The notes: generated from the letters alone by a model not told the origin. 64,000 bases of DNA from the human T2T-CHM13v2.0 reference genome, Homo sapiens (GCA_009914755.4 CP086569.2:18400001-18464000); one strand, 5' to 3'. Numbered from the stretch's first letter, positions 42,301 through 57,415 are shown. Numbers and translations: made by a program.

Positions 42301-44349
42301 TTTTCGCTGTGTCCTATTGCATTTCTTTGAATTACCTCAACCAGCTATTTTGGATTTCCTTTATGAAAGGTCACATATCTCTGTTTCTCCAGGATTTGTC
42401 CCTGGCACCTTATTTAGCTTGTTTGGTGAGGCCGTGTTTTCCTGGATGGTCTTGATACTTGTAGATGTTCATCTATATCTGGGCATTGAAGAGTTTCCTA
42501 CTGTAGTCTTGAAAGTCTGGGCTTGTTTGTGCCCATTATACTTGGGAATGCTTTCCAGGTATTCAAAGAGACTTGGGTCCCAACCGAATAACACAGTAGT
42601 TTATGTAAACACATACAGGTACTGCCTTGGTTGCCTTGGATTCACATCAGGAAAAATTCTCTTGATTTATCAAGTAGAGTCCCTTGTTCTCTTCCCTTAC
42701 TTTCTCTCAAACCAGCATAGTCTCTCTCTCTGTGCTTAGGCATGTGGAGCTGGTGTTGCAGCAACATGAGAAACCCTGTGGCCACCAGCACAAAGACTGT
42801 GCTGGTTCACATCTCAGGTAGGCACAGAACTTGAGTCTCACCCAAGGCCCATTCTAACCACTACTTAGCTACCATATAAGTTTACTCAAAGCCCTAGGAC
42901 TCTATGATTAATAGATGGCAAAGCCAGCCAGATTTGTGTCTCTGCCTACAGCGTGGCAAGTTCCCTGTAGCCATGAGGGGGTCCCTAGATGCTAGGGAGC
43001 CAGAGATTAAAGTATAGAATCTTCAAAATTTACCTGCTCTTCTATTTTACTGTAGCTAACCTGGCATTTAGGGCATAAAACAAAGTATTTTCTACCCTTC
43101 TTTCCTCTGTCTGCAGGCAGAGGAGTCTCTTCTATGACTGCCAACACCACCGGCCCATGGGGTAGTTCTGCCAAATCATCATCAATTTCTCACTTAAAGC
43201 CCAAGGACTCTTTAGTTAGCATGTGATAAATTCTGCAATGCCTGGGACTCGACCTTTGGCCCAGGGCAAGTACAGAAATGCTGACCAAGACCTTAGGTCT
43301 GGACTCAGGGACTCTACGAATCTGCTTGGTGCTCTAACCCACTGTGGCTGAGCTGGTATATGAGGTGCAACACAGCGTTCCCTTTACTTTCCCCCCTGCT
43401 TGTCTCAAATGGAAGAAGTCTTTCACCATAGCTACCACAGTTGGAAATGTGCTGGGTCACACCTGAAGTTAGCACTTCTCAGAGCCCTATACCCATGGTG
43501 TATCACTGGGTATTACCTGGGTATCACTGTTTTTTATTCTGGGTACAGAGGTTCTTTAGTCAGCAGGTGATGAATTCTGCCAGGTCTTTACTGACATGGC
43601 AGCACTGACTTTAATGTTAAGTCCTTCAGTCATTGTGCTCTTCCTCTCCCAAATTCACAAGTTTCTCTGTGCTGTGTGGCTGCTGCTGGGTGGGGGTAGG
43701 GGGAGTGGTATTGTGACCACTCCCTTAGCTGCTCTGACTGGTGTCTCAGTAGTCCACATTCTCCCCAGGCTCCACATTGCACTCGCTCTGAGCCAAGCTC
43801 AGCAGTATGACTTGCCTAATAATTGAAGTCCTTGTGGCCTAGACTGCCCCTTAAGTTCTCTTAGGGTCCAATAGCTCTTCGACTCATGTGGCAAGGCTTG
43901 TAAAGACTCAAGCTCCCAACATTGAGATGGGAGATTTTCATCTTGCTAGGGCAAATCAAAATGTTCTATTGGCAGATGTCAGCTGAGTACAATCTGGGTC
44001 TGCTTTTTACTGTGACAGGGTAGTACTGAGTTTATTTCAAAGCCTCACAATCTGTGCTCTCCCTTTCCCAAACATACAATCTCTGCACCACGTGGCCACT
44101 ACTGGTGGTTGAAAAAGAGGTGGCATCAGTGTTTCTAGACTGTCATTTTTTTGTCTTCTCCAAAGTCTCTTTCAGTGATATGAAGTTAATACCAGGTACT
44201 GTGATTGCTTGCCTCATTTTTGGTCCCTTTGATAGTGCTTCTTGAATATAATAAGTTGTGAAAATTTGGTGTTTGGGTATGGGGGACAAGTGACGTAGAC
44301 TTCTATTCTGTCTTCTTGGTCTCTGCCTTAAATTTTTTAGATTCAGGAA

Positions 44350-45060
44350 GTACTTTTGCAGGTTTGTTACATGGATATATTGTGTAATGCTGAGCTATGT
44401 GGGATATTACTGATCCCATTACCAAGGTAATGAGCATAGTACTCATAGTTTCTCACCCCCTGCCCTCCTCCTTCCCTCCTTCATCTAGTAGTTCTCAGTG
44501 TCAATTGCTGACATCTTTATATTCATGTTTAGATCCCACTTACAGGCAAGAACATGTGGTACTTGGTTTTCCATTCCTGTATTAATTTTCTTAGGATAAT
44601 GGCCTACAGATGCATCCATGTTGCTGCACAGGACTTGATTGTATTCTTTTTAATGTGTGCATAGTATTTTATGGTGTTGGATATTTCTATCCAATTTTTG
44701 ATTCACACGTAAGTTAATTTCATGCCTTCCCTAATGTGAATAGCAATATGATGACATACAAGTGCATTTGGGGTTTCTTTTTAAAAATTTTTTAATTTTC
44801 TTTTGGATATATGCTCAATAATGGAATTTGTGGTTTAATGGTACTTCTGTTTTAAATTCTCTGAAAAATCTCCAAACTGCTTTTCACAGTGGGAAAACTA
44901 ATTTACACCACAGTACATAAGCATTTTATTTTCTCTGAAGTCTAACCAGAATTTATAATTTTTTACTTTTTCTTAGTAGCCATACTGAATAATATGAGAA
45001 GTTATCTTACATTGATTTGCATTTCTCTGATTATTAGTGATGTTGAACATTAAGAAAACC
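44350..45060 (-). mobile_element. Separate old L1 3'-end fragment in reverse orientation, followed by a short plus-oriented L1 ORF2 scrap at 45060-45200
   Basis: '…gcaggtttgttacatggatatattgtgtaatgctgag…cccattaccaaggtaatgagcatagtactcatagtttc…' is the reverse complement of an L1 3' end. 45060-45110 'aaaacattggcaagggacataagcagacacttctcaaaagaagacata' encodes an ORF2-like '…RHFSKEDI'. Confidence 0.55.
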
Positions 45061-46418
45061 ATGCCATTAAAACATTGGCAAGGGACATAAGCAGACACTT
45101 CTCAAAAGAAGACATATGAGTGGGATTCTTATTCTATCGCAATAAGCTGTCTTTCTTTTGAAAAATACAAAATCAGACCATTTGAAAATTCCCTTTAATT
45201 GTAGTGATTGACAGTATGCTTCCCCTTCTCTATCTCATTTTCTTATTCGTGAATTTTTTATGATCATTATGAATCCACTCAGCAGAGTAACCTCCGTTCT
45301 TAATCTGTGTGAATTGTGCTGATGAGCTAGTCAGCTCTCTTAAAATCACCAACAAGGGTTTTAAATTTCCTAGTTAGTAATATATTTTTGGCATGCCACA
45401 GGATACTCTTAGTACGATGTCTTCTGATCCACGCATTATGGATTGTGGTGATTAGTTTTTTAGATTTCTATAAGCTTTGAAATTAAGAGGTATATATCTA
45501 AAATAAATTGGACTTCATACTCTTTCCACGTTTATTGGGTTTGTTAATTATTCCATAGAAAACAGTTGAAAGACTTTTGTAGAATTCAATTCTGTTTTAC
45601 CATATTTAGGGTTAAAAGAAGGGAATTATATTGATGTAACTGAGAGACTGAATTAACCTGTCATCACATGTGATTTTTCTGGAGTTTTTTAATGTTAGTG
45701 ACATCATTTTCAATATGTCAATGCCTAGCTTGGGTTTCTAGGGGAGACATGAGTAGCTAGTACTATCCGTCTAAAATATAATGACAAGTGGAGTTGAATC
45801 TCCCAGTTCTTGAATCTGTGCTGGTCACAATGACTTGCTTTACCAATAGGATGCAGCAGAAGTCAAATTCTAGGACCTCCAAGCCTAGGTCATAAGAAGC
45901 TTTGTAGTATTTCTCTGTGTGTCTTGGGACCAACTACCATGTTCTGAGGACTCCAGGTAACATGGAGAGGCCAGATAGGCACCACACACAACAGCCAATA
46001 GGCACTGTCAGCCATGTGAGTAACCCATCTAGGCTCTTCAGCCTAGTTGAGTTTTCAGGTAACTTCAGTAGCAGCAACCAATAGCAGCTGCAAGACAAAC
46101 TCCAAAACAGAACTGTTGTAGCTCCCATCAACCCACAAAACCTTGAGAAATAATGTTATTTAAAATTACTAAATAAAAATAACAATAAAAATATTAAACA
46201 ATAAATAATTCCTTAAGTTTTGGAATGGCTTGCTATTCAGCAACAGAGAGCTAGAATAAGTTCTAAATATTTCACAATACTGAATGAGTATAAGTTTAGT
46301 CGTGTAATATACTTCTATATTTTAAAGCCATTGACATTTCTGGACAGAGTGTGAAAGTGAGCACTGATCAAATGGTTCCCAAGAGAAGTTGCCTATTCTA
46401 TCTCAAAATCATCATTTA

Positions 46419-48115
<1,697 letters not shown>

Positions 48116-48131
48116 AGAAAGGCACATGCTA
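48116..48131. repeat. 3' target-site duplication of the twin-primed L1 ('agaaaggcacatgcta')
   Basis: Matches 46494-46509. Confidence 0.85.
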
Positions 48132-51100
48132 TTTTGAAAAAACATTTGAGAGAATCAGAAAAGTGTAAACTTTAAGCCTCTAATCATATTTGTATGCTAT
48201 TTAACCCATAAATATGAAGTCTGATGGCAAATATGTTTATGTTACACTGACTTTTGCATAAATAAGTTAAACAAACAGTTTTCTTTTTAAGTGATAGGGC
48301 TTATAATAGGTATAATGTTAAGATGGCTGCAGTGAATGGGCTCATCACCATAATAATATTTTCTCTTTAATACTTTTATGGAATATTAAGTGAGAACCAG
48401 AGAGTCTAAAACTGGGTTACATAGCAGTAATAAAATCAGAGTGACACTTAATTTGCAGCAGCAAGATTGGAATTCTTGCTGTTGAGGTTGGTGGTAGCAA
48501 ACTCAATTATGGGTGGTTTCTGCTTCATGCTTAGGTGGTGTGTTGAAAGATTTCCTCTTTAGAATTTTCAAACACTTCCTGAGTAGAGCTGTTTAAAATA
48601 AAAACAAAACCCTCTGATTTTGAATTTAGCCAATTTATTTTTAAAATTTGTACATATGTTTCTAATTTTTAAACTGTGGCTTTCATGTAGACAGAAATTA
48701 TATCTTATACCTCTTTTTCTTCGGCAGTGGTGTGACTGGCACCTAGTTGAATTGCCAAGTTTCTTGAATAAGTAAAGTAAAATTATACCAGAAGTAAACT
48801 CTTACATGTATCAACTTTACTCAGAAAATATATTGCTAAGTAAGACGTATGAATCAATTCACTCACTTATTTAACAAACATTTATTAAGTGACTACATTA
48901 TGCTATGAGCTAGGAATATGGCAATAAACAAATCTCACCTTGCCTCAAACTTCAGTGGATCCAGAAGTCTCTAGAAGTTTAATTCTTTCTCAATCAGCAA
49001 TTCCTCTTCACTGAAGACTTGACAAGAAGGTTTGAGAAGGCAAGAGTGTGTGAACTCAGCAGATGTTTGTGATGCACCTACTGTGTGCCAGAAGCTGTAG
49101 TGTCAAAGAATCTACCTGTCTCCTAGGAAAGGTGAACACTAAAAACATTATTTTAAGCAACAAAAAAAATTCCAAGTATGCCAAGTGATGGCGAGAGAAA
49201 GCACTGGGTCCCAAGAGTATAATGGGCACTGAGCCTAGTGTGGGGTCCAGGCATCCCTGGCATTGTGCCCTCCTAGGTCATGGTTGTCCCTCCTTGTTGC
49301 TCCTGCTGTCCTCTTCAGTTACATGTTATGTGCTGCTTGATGCTCTGCATTGATGTCCACAGGGCTCAGATTTCCCTAGTGGAGTGCTTGGGCCATTCTT
49401 GTCATATGGCTCTGAAGACTTTGTTCACAGCGTGTACTTGCCAGATGGGGAAGCCAGAGATCTGGGGTCCTCTGTTGAGGCCACTCTCACCCCAATTATC
49501 TTCCCTGACATACCTAACAGATGAAGCTCAGGTGAGCGATGAATGTCAGGCCACAATGTGGACCATGTACAATTCTTCAAGTTCCAGCTTTAACTCTCTT
49601 TCTTATTTCTCTCTTATGACAGTATATTTAGATGGAAGTAAATGAAAATAATGTCATTAGGGGATAAGATTAAAATATATCCCACTTGCAAAAAAAGAAG
49701 TAGATTATTTGTGAACTGCAGTACTTTATTTTTAGTGAGAAATCACCTTAAAACTTGGAAACTGGATACAAGATAATTATTTCATTCTGCAAATGTTTAG
49801 TAGAAAACTATATGCCAGGACTGTGCTAGGCACTAGGGATACATGGTTGAATATTTAGTATAAGATGCCTTGCAGTTTCATATAAATGGCTAATGCAGCA
49901 TATACAGTGTGGTAAAAATAGACTTCTGAGATGCACAGAAGACAGGCATTAAAGGGTATTTAAATTGTGGATAAATGTGTTTGGATGTTTCACTCAGGGC
50001 TGTTGAAGTTTTTTAAGATCAGTGGTCTCAGAGTCTTGGTGTTTTCAGGCTCTGCTAAGTACTTTGTTTCTAGCTGATTATTGGCCACCATTACTGATCA
50101 TCAACTGGCTCTGTCTGATCCAGCTACTCCACCACTGGGTACATACACAAAGGAAAAGAAATAAAATTATTAGAAAGATACCTGTACTTGCATGTTTCCT
50201 GCAACACTATTCACAGTAGCACAGATACAAATCAACCTAAATACCCATCAACAGATTATTGGAGAAAGAAAATGTAGAAAATATACACAATGAAATAATG
50301 TTCAGGAATAAAAAAGAATAAAATCATAACTTCTGGAGACACATGAATGGAACTGGAGGCCATTATTGTAAGTGAAACCAGCCAGACACAGAGTAAACAT
50401 TGTATTTCTCACGCATAAGTGGATGCTTAAAGATGTCTAGGTATTGATGTAGATAGTGGAATGATAATGGAGACTCAGCAGGGTGAGGGGATGGAAGGGG
50501 TGAATAGTGGGAAATTACTTAATGGTTACAATGTCCATTATTCCGGTAATGGATACCCTAAAAGCCCTGACTTCACCACTATGTAATCCATGCTTAGAGC
50601 AAAATTACAACTTGTAACCCATAAATTTATACCCCAAAAGTATTAGACCTCTCTCTCTTCTCTTCTGTCATAAGTCTCAGAGCTCAGTGATCCCCTTGGA
50701 TCTCCTCAGCCTGCTAAGTTTTGACTTTCCTACCTAACGTGATTTTGGGCAGACATAGGAGAGTGTTTCAGGAAGATGCTCTCAGACACACTGCTTCTGA
50801 AGCAACATCAGAGGCTCTCCTGGTGGCCTTTATCTATTCACTGCTTTTAGCAAGGAATAAATCATCTGTGTCTAAAATTTAAAAAACTGTGTTTCCCACC
50901 TACCATACAGACCTGACAGAAGAGATTTTAGAATTTTAAGGAAACAGCTTTTTCCTGAACCAAACGGACACAGTAGTGCAAAGGCCAATGTCACATAAGT
51001 ACCTTTTCCCCATCTGTAACATAACTCTCAGATGCTATTCCCACAGCTGGAATCAGTACAATGTTGTGACTGAGGTACTGGAAAAGCCTATGAGCTCATT

Positions 51101-53029
51101 ATCATTTGAACACATGAATAACATAAAATTTAGGCAGAATTTTATCTGAAAGGAATATTTACACAAGTTTTAGTTAACAGATTTATATTGTGGTTATTTC
51201 AAACAATAAAAATCAGCTTCTTATGTTGCAAGCTAGAAATATGTACAATAACACATGGTCTTGATTATCTCACCTGATGAATTGAAGATTAAAGCAAAAT
51301 AGGGAACTTTGTGAAAGTTTCTGTTTAACTTTGCCTTATAATGACTTCAAACTGTTGTGCATATATAGAGAACTCCTGACTGAAGAGACATTTTTGGACT
51401 ATTGTGCTATGTTTATTATTGTAACTTTTTAAGATCTGGAGGAACACACATTTAGTCTCAGTTGGCCCAGTAAATGTTTAGGAATCAGCTTATGTGTTAT
51501 GTGCTGAGTACTGAAGCAACAGTAGAGACAAGGGCACTGCCCTCACAGAGTCTGGGGGAGAAAACCTGATGGAGTGTGGCATGGAACACTCTGGGAGCAT
51601 CCCAGGATGCCAAAAGTGCACACAGATGGAACACATGCCTTAGAATGGGGGAGGGTCAGGCAAGGAGAATTGTCAGGAAAAAACAAGGAAAGATCTGCAG
51701 CAATAGAAACACACTTGAGAAATTCATGGGGAATGAAAAGAGAATGGGTGAGCAGCAGCAGAGTGTCAAGAAGGAAACCAAGAAGGAGCAGCCAAAATGT
51801 TGATGGAGAATGAGGAGAAAGAAGGTGACACTGAAGCCAAGGAGAGGAAAGTGTTTCAACATTTCTGGAAAACAAAATCACATGATCTGTCTTAATGTTG
51901 CTGTTTTATGAGTCATATAGCCACATTCCAGGTTCTGAGATGTCCAGCAATAGAGATGTTTCTTTTAGTTTGCTTAACCCAGCATTTGCCAGAATAATCT
52001 GGGCTCAGTGTGAGTGTGTGCAAGTGTGTGTGTGTATGAGTGTGCATGCACCTGTGGGTTCCACTAATATCTCACTGAGGCTAGTGTTCTATACAACACA
52101 ATTTTTTAAACACTGGTTTTATCCATCCTATGTTCAGCTGCAGCAATACTTACAAAGATCAACTTTGATCATGTGTCTTAGTTACTAAAGAAAATATAAC
52201 AAACTAATGAATAAAGCCCACCCTGCAGTGGCTCCTTACTACCTGTACAGTATAGCCCAACTGGCTTGGCCTGGGTGCCCTGTACTGACCTGGCTGTACT
52301 GCTGTCTGCCTGCTCTTTTGTATCCCCTTTCCTCCTGGAGAAAGTAGGGATGCTCTGAGCTTTGGCCAGCATTGAACCTGTGTCCTTCTTCTAAAGTGGA
52401 CCATGTTTTCTTGAGTCCACTTTAATCTCTTTTAAGGGCATAGATCAAATAATTTATATTATTTCCTCTCCTTTTCTCCCCTACCAATCTCCATACAAAG
52501 AGCTGAACTTTCCTTAAAGCTTTTGGTCAGGTTTCACTCTGTATGCAGTTTTCCTGCCACTTCTGCAATGTACACACTGTACTGGTACATAAATTATGCT
52601 ATACCATGCCAGGTTTTTCATTTATGTATCACTTTATATCATCTTTTTTTCTTAGAGCTTACTTCACTTATTTATTCAATCTTTCACAATATAATTGTAT
52701 GTCATATAATGTTATATTTATTTTCATTGGTATTTGTATACCTTTTCTGTAAAATAGAGCCTTTCTAAATAGATCTTCATTAATGTTGAAAGAACAAAGT
52801 TTTAAGTCTTGGTCTCAGCCAAAATGAGGTCCCCGAATATCCAGGAGGGCATGAAACACTTGCATTGTTGCACAAGATATTATTACAGAGAAAGAGAAAC
52901 ATGTGTAATGGAAAATTGCTAACTTTGCCTCAGGGAGATCAGGCTGATTCACTGAGAAAGTTTAAATTAGTTTAGAAAGCACAGTCCTGAGTTTTCTAGG
53001 AGAAGGAGAAAAGTTAGTATAGGGCATAA

Positions 53030-55360
53030 GAAGTAATGCCCAATTCAAAAAGTTAGAAAGATCTCATATTAACAACCTAACATCATAACTGAAAGAATTA
53101 GAATAGCAAGAGGAAATCAACCACAAAGCTTGCAGAGGATAAGAAATAACTAAAATCACAGCTGAATTGGAAAAAAAATTGAGACATAAAAAACTGTTCA
53201 AATGGTCACTTAATCAACGTTTTCTGAAAAAAATTAATAGGATAGATAGGCACTAGCTAGATGAATAAAGAAGAAAAGAGAGAAGATTCAAATAAACGTA
53301 ATTATAAATGATGAAGGTAATGTTACCACTGACCCCACAGAAATAAAAATAACAATCAACAACTACTACGAACACCTCTACACACTCAAACAAAAAACCC
53401 TAGAAGAGATGAATAAATTCCTGGACACATACACCTTCTAAAGACTGAACCAGGAAGAAATTCAGTCTCTGAACAGACAAATAATGAGCTCCAAAAATTG
53501 AATCCGTAGTAAACAGCCTACCAACCAAGGAAAAAAATAAAGCCCAGGACCTGATAGATTAACTGTCAAATTTTAACATATGTACAAATTAGAGCTAGTA
53601 CCATTCCTACTAAAACTATTTCAAGAAATAGTGAAGGAGGGACTTCTTCCCAACTTCTTCTATAAGGCCAGCATCATCCTGATACCAAAGCCTGGCAGTG
53701 ACACAACAAAAAAGGAAAGCTTCAGGCCAGTATCCTTGATGAATGTCCATTCAATAATCTACAACAAAATCCTTGCAAAGTGAATCCAGCAACATATCAA
53801 AAGGGTAATTCACCACAGTGAATTAGGCTTCTTCCCTGGAATGGAAGGTTGTTCTATAATGGGCAAATCAATAAAATGTGATTCATAACATAAATAAAAC
53901 TAAAGACAATAACCATATGATGGTCTGAATAGATACAGAAAAGGCTTTCAGTAAAATTCAACAATGTTTCACATTAAAAACTCTCAATAAGTGAGGTATT
54001 GAAGGAACATACCTCAAAATAATAAAGCCACCTATGACAAACTCACAGCCAACATTATGCTAAATGGGCGAAATCTGGAAGCATTCTCCCTGAAACCCAC
54101 ACAAGCACACAAGACAAGGATGTGCTCTCTCACCACTCCTATTCAACATAGTGTTAGAAGTCCTTGCTGGAGCAATCAGAGAAGAGAAAGAAATAAAGGT
54201 TATTAAAAAAAGAAATAAAGGGTATGTAAATAGAAAGAGAAGTCCAACTACCTCTGTTTGCAGACAACATAATTCTCTATCTAAAACCTATAGTTGTGAC
54301 CCAAAATGCTCCGTAAGCTGATAAACAACTTCCACGTGGTTTCAGTGTACAAAATCAATGTACAAAATTTGCTAGCATTCCTATACACGAAGAAGAGCCA
54401 AACTGAGAGACAAACCAGAAAGGCAATTGTATTCACGATTTTCACAAAAAGAATAAAATACCTAGAAATACAGCTAACCAGGGAGGTGAAAGATCTCTGC
54501 AATGAAAATTACAAAACACTGCTCAAAGAAGTCACACGAGACACAAAGAAATGGAAAATTATTCCATGTTAATGGAGAGAAAGAACTGATATCATTTAAA
54601 TCACCATACTGCCCAAAGCTCTTCCTATGAAACTACCAATGACAAGCTTCATGGAACTAGAAAAAGCTATTTAAAAATGTATATAGAACCAAGAAAGAAC
54701 TTAAATAGCCAAGGCAATCCTAAGCAAAAGAACAAAGCTTGAGGCATCACATTACGGGACTTCAAACGATACTACAGCACTACAGTAACCAAAACAGCAG
54801 GGCACCCGTACAAAAACAGAGGCACACACCAATGGAACAGCGTAGAGAGCCCAGAAATAAGACCGCACACCTACAACTATCTAATGTTTGACAAAGCTGG
54901 CAAAAACAAGCAATGGGGAAAAGTCTCCCTATACAATAAGTGTTGCTGGGATAGCTGGCTAGCCATACGTAGAAGACTGAAGCTGGACCTCTTCCTTACA
55001 CTCTACACAAAAATCAACTCAAGATGGATTAAAGACTTAAATGCAAAACCCAAAACTATAAGAGCCCTGGAAGACAACCTAGGCAATACCATCCTGGACA
55101 TAAAAACAGGCAAAGATTTCATGATAAAGACACCAAAAACAATTACAACAAATGCAAATATTGACAAGTGGGGTCTAATTAAACTTAAAAGCCTCTGCTC
55201 AGCAAAAGAAATTATCGATAGAGTGAAGAGACAACCTACAGAATAAGAAAACATATTTACAAACTATGTATCTGACAAAGGTCTAATATTCAACATAGAG
55301 AACTTAAATAAATTTACAAGAGAAAAACAAACAACCCTATTAAAGAGTTGCCAAATAATT
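53030..55360 (+). mobile_element. Old L1 fragment (ORF2, about residues 330-1050), plus orientation
   Basis: Translation includes '…ARLIKKKREK…[11 protein letters not shown]…', ORF 53580-53783 '[50 protein letters not shown]…ILAK', '[23 protein letters not shown]', '…[12 protein letters not shown]…' and ORF 54884-55246 '…[44 protein letters not shown]…'. Confidence 0.75.
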
Positions 55361-55394
55361 GTCTACTCGTGTCCTTAGCCTACTTTTTTATGGG

Positions 55395-56130
55395 ATTTTT
55401 TTTTTCTTTCTAATTTGTTTGAGCTTGTTGTAGATCCTGGATATTAGTCTTTTGTCAGATATACAGATTGTGAAGATTTTCTCCCAGTCTGTAGATTGTC
55501 TGCTTACTCTGCTGACTGTTCCTTTAGTCGTGAAAAAGCTCTTTAGTTTAATTAAATCCCACCTATTTATCTTTGTTTTTCTTGCATTTGCTTTTGGGTT
55601 CTTGGTCATGAAATCCTTGCCTAAGCCAATGTCTAGAATGTTTTTTGATGTCATCTTCTAGAATTTTTTAAGTTTCAGGTCTTAGATTTAAGTCGTTGAT
55701 CCATCTCGTGTTGATTTTTGTAGAAGGTGAGACATGAAGATCCAGTTTCATTCTCCTACATGTGGCTTGCCAATTATCCCAGCACCATTTGTTAAGTAGG
55801 GCGTTCTTTCCCCACTCTGTTTCTGTTTACTTTGTGAAAGATCAGATGGCTGTAAATATTTGGGTTAATTTCTGGGTTGTCTATTATGTTTCATTTGTCT
55901 ATGTGCTTACTTTTATACCAGAACCATGCTGTTTTGGTGACTATGGTCTTATGCTATAGTTTGAAATCAGGTAATGTGATGTCTTCTAATTTGTTCTTTT
56001 TGCTTAGCATTGCTTTGGCTATGCGGGCTCTTTTTTGAATTCTAGAATTGTTTTTTGTAGTTCTGTGAAGAATGATGGTGGTATTTTGATGGCAATTGCA
56101 TTGAATTTGTAGATTGCTTTTGGCAATATG
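55395..56130 (-). mobile_element. Old L1 fragment (ORF2 C-terminal third), reverse orientation
   Basis: ORF 55388-55654(-) reads '…[44 protein letters not shown]…SDK.LISRIYN.LKQI.KKK'. Confidence 0.7.
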
Positions 56131-57415
56131 GTCATACAAAATTCTTAGAAGATATACAAATGGCCAACAAATATATGAAAAAATGCTCAACATCACTAAT
56201 AATCAGGGAAATGCAAATTACAACCATTATGCGATACCACCTTACTCCCACAAGAATGGTCATAATCAAAAAATAAAAACATAATAGATGTTGGTGTGAG
56301 TGTGGTGAAAAGGGAACACTTCTACACTGCTGGTGGGAATGTAAGGTAGTACAATCACTATGGAAAACTGTGTGGAGATTCCTTAAAGAACTGAAAGGAG
56401 AAGAACCATTTGACCCCACAATCCCACTACTGGCTATGTACCCAGAGGAAAAAAAGAAGTTATTATACAAAAAAGATGCTTGCACATGCATATTTATAGC
56501 AGCACAATTTGCAATTGCAAAAATGTACAACCAATCCAATTGCCCGTCAGTCAATGAGTGGATAAAGAAACTGGGGTATAGATGTAGGATGGAGCACTAC
56601 TCAGCCATAAAAAGAAATTAATCAATGGCAATTTCAGCAACCTGGATGGGATTGAAGACTATTAACTCAAGTGAAGTAATGGAATGGAAAACCAAACATC
56701 TTACATTCTCACTTATAAGAGGGAGCTAAGCTATAAGGAGGCAAAGGCATAAGAATAACACAATGGACTTTAAGGACTCACGGGGAAAGGGGTAAAAGGG
56801 GTGAGGGACAAAGGGATACAAATTTGGTTCAGTATATACTGATGAGGTGATGGATGTACCAAAATTTTACAAATCACCAATAAATAACTTACTAATGTAA
56901 CCAAATACCACCTGTTGTCCCAAAACCTATGGAAATAAAAAACAATTTAAAAAGTGGGCAAAAGACATGAATACTTTTCAAAAGAATACATACATGTGAC
57001 CAACAACCATAGAATACAAAGCTCAATATCACCGATCACTAGAGAAATTCAAATTAAACGCACAGTGAGACACCATCTCACACCAGCCATAATGGCCATT
57101 ATTAAGAAGTCAAAAAATAACAGACACTGGCAAGGTTGTGGAGAAAAACAATACATACACTGTTGGTTGGAATGTGTATTGGTCCCACCGTTGTGGAGAG
57201 CAGTATGGTAATTCCTCGAAAGAGCTAAAAGCAGAACCATCACTTGACCCAGTAATCTCATCACTGGGAATATACCCAGAGTTATATAAATTGTTCTATC
57301 ATAAAGTCACAAGCAAGTACATGTTTATTGCAGCACTATTCAGAAAAGTAAAGATATGGAATCAACCTAAATGCCCATCAATGACAGATTGAATAAAGAT
57401 AATGTGGGACAAGAT
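56130..57415 (+). mobile_element. Two consecutive old L1 3'-region fragments in plus orientation (56130-56945 and 56945-57415)
   Basis: ORF 56370-56621(+) reads 'FLKELK.E.PFDP.IPLL..YPEE.K..YKKD.CT..FIAAQF.IAK..NQ..CPS..EWIKK…EYYSAIKRN'. ORF 56954-57211 reads '…IQ.KRTVR.HLTP..MAIIKKSKNNR.WQGCGE…CW'. ORF 57138-57392 reads '…LGIYP.E.K…V…YMFIAALF…KIWNQPKCPS'. Confidence 0.7.

Larger units (their letters stand above)
33685..44330 (-). mobile_element. Old LINE-1 (L1PB/L1MA-like), apparently near full length in reverse orientation, about 8.2 kb of L1 sequence plus nested insertions: a MaLR solo LTR (with Alu) at 34511-35182, a complete MaLR element at 36194-38642 and an Alu at 39020-39328
   Basis: The 3' end at 33700-34480 is the classic reverse-complement L1 3' text ('ttgtgggtacacagttggtgtatatatttataggggtacatgacatactttgatacaggcatgcagtgagtaat…gtgagaacatgtgacatttgtttttcctgtgcctgacttatttcacttaacataa…ctgaatagtattccattgtgtatat…'). 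L1 sequence is continuous across each insertion: 36193|38643 splices to '…tttttggtggatat|gatgagtctttatattttttcaaatat…', matching the L1 '…tgggctgagac|gatggggttttctaaatat'. ORF 40311-40604(-) matches the ORF2 endonuclease region (…DLICTIVQINLIDIYRKFHPTATEYTFFSSVHGLISRVDH…SDHNGIKLEI). 42300-44300 is ORF1 and a long 5'UTR with internal repeat units. Confidence 0.75.

Noticed and set aside
42317-42739. 140-aa plus-strand ORF
   Set aside because: It is antisense to the ORF1 / 5' region of the reverse-oriented old L1 and is not an independent gene.
49280-49645. 121-aa Cys-rich ORF (MVVPPCCSCCPLQLHVMCC…)
   Set aside because: No recognisable domain or family. It is a single ORF in unique AT-moderate DNA with no supporting exon or promoter signals, and is most likely chance.
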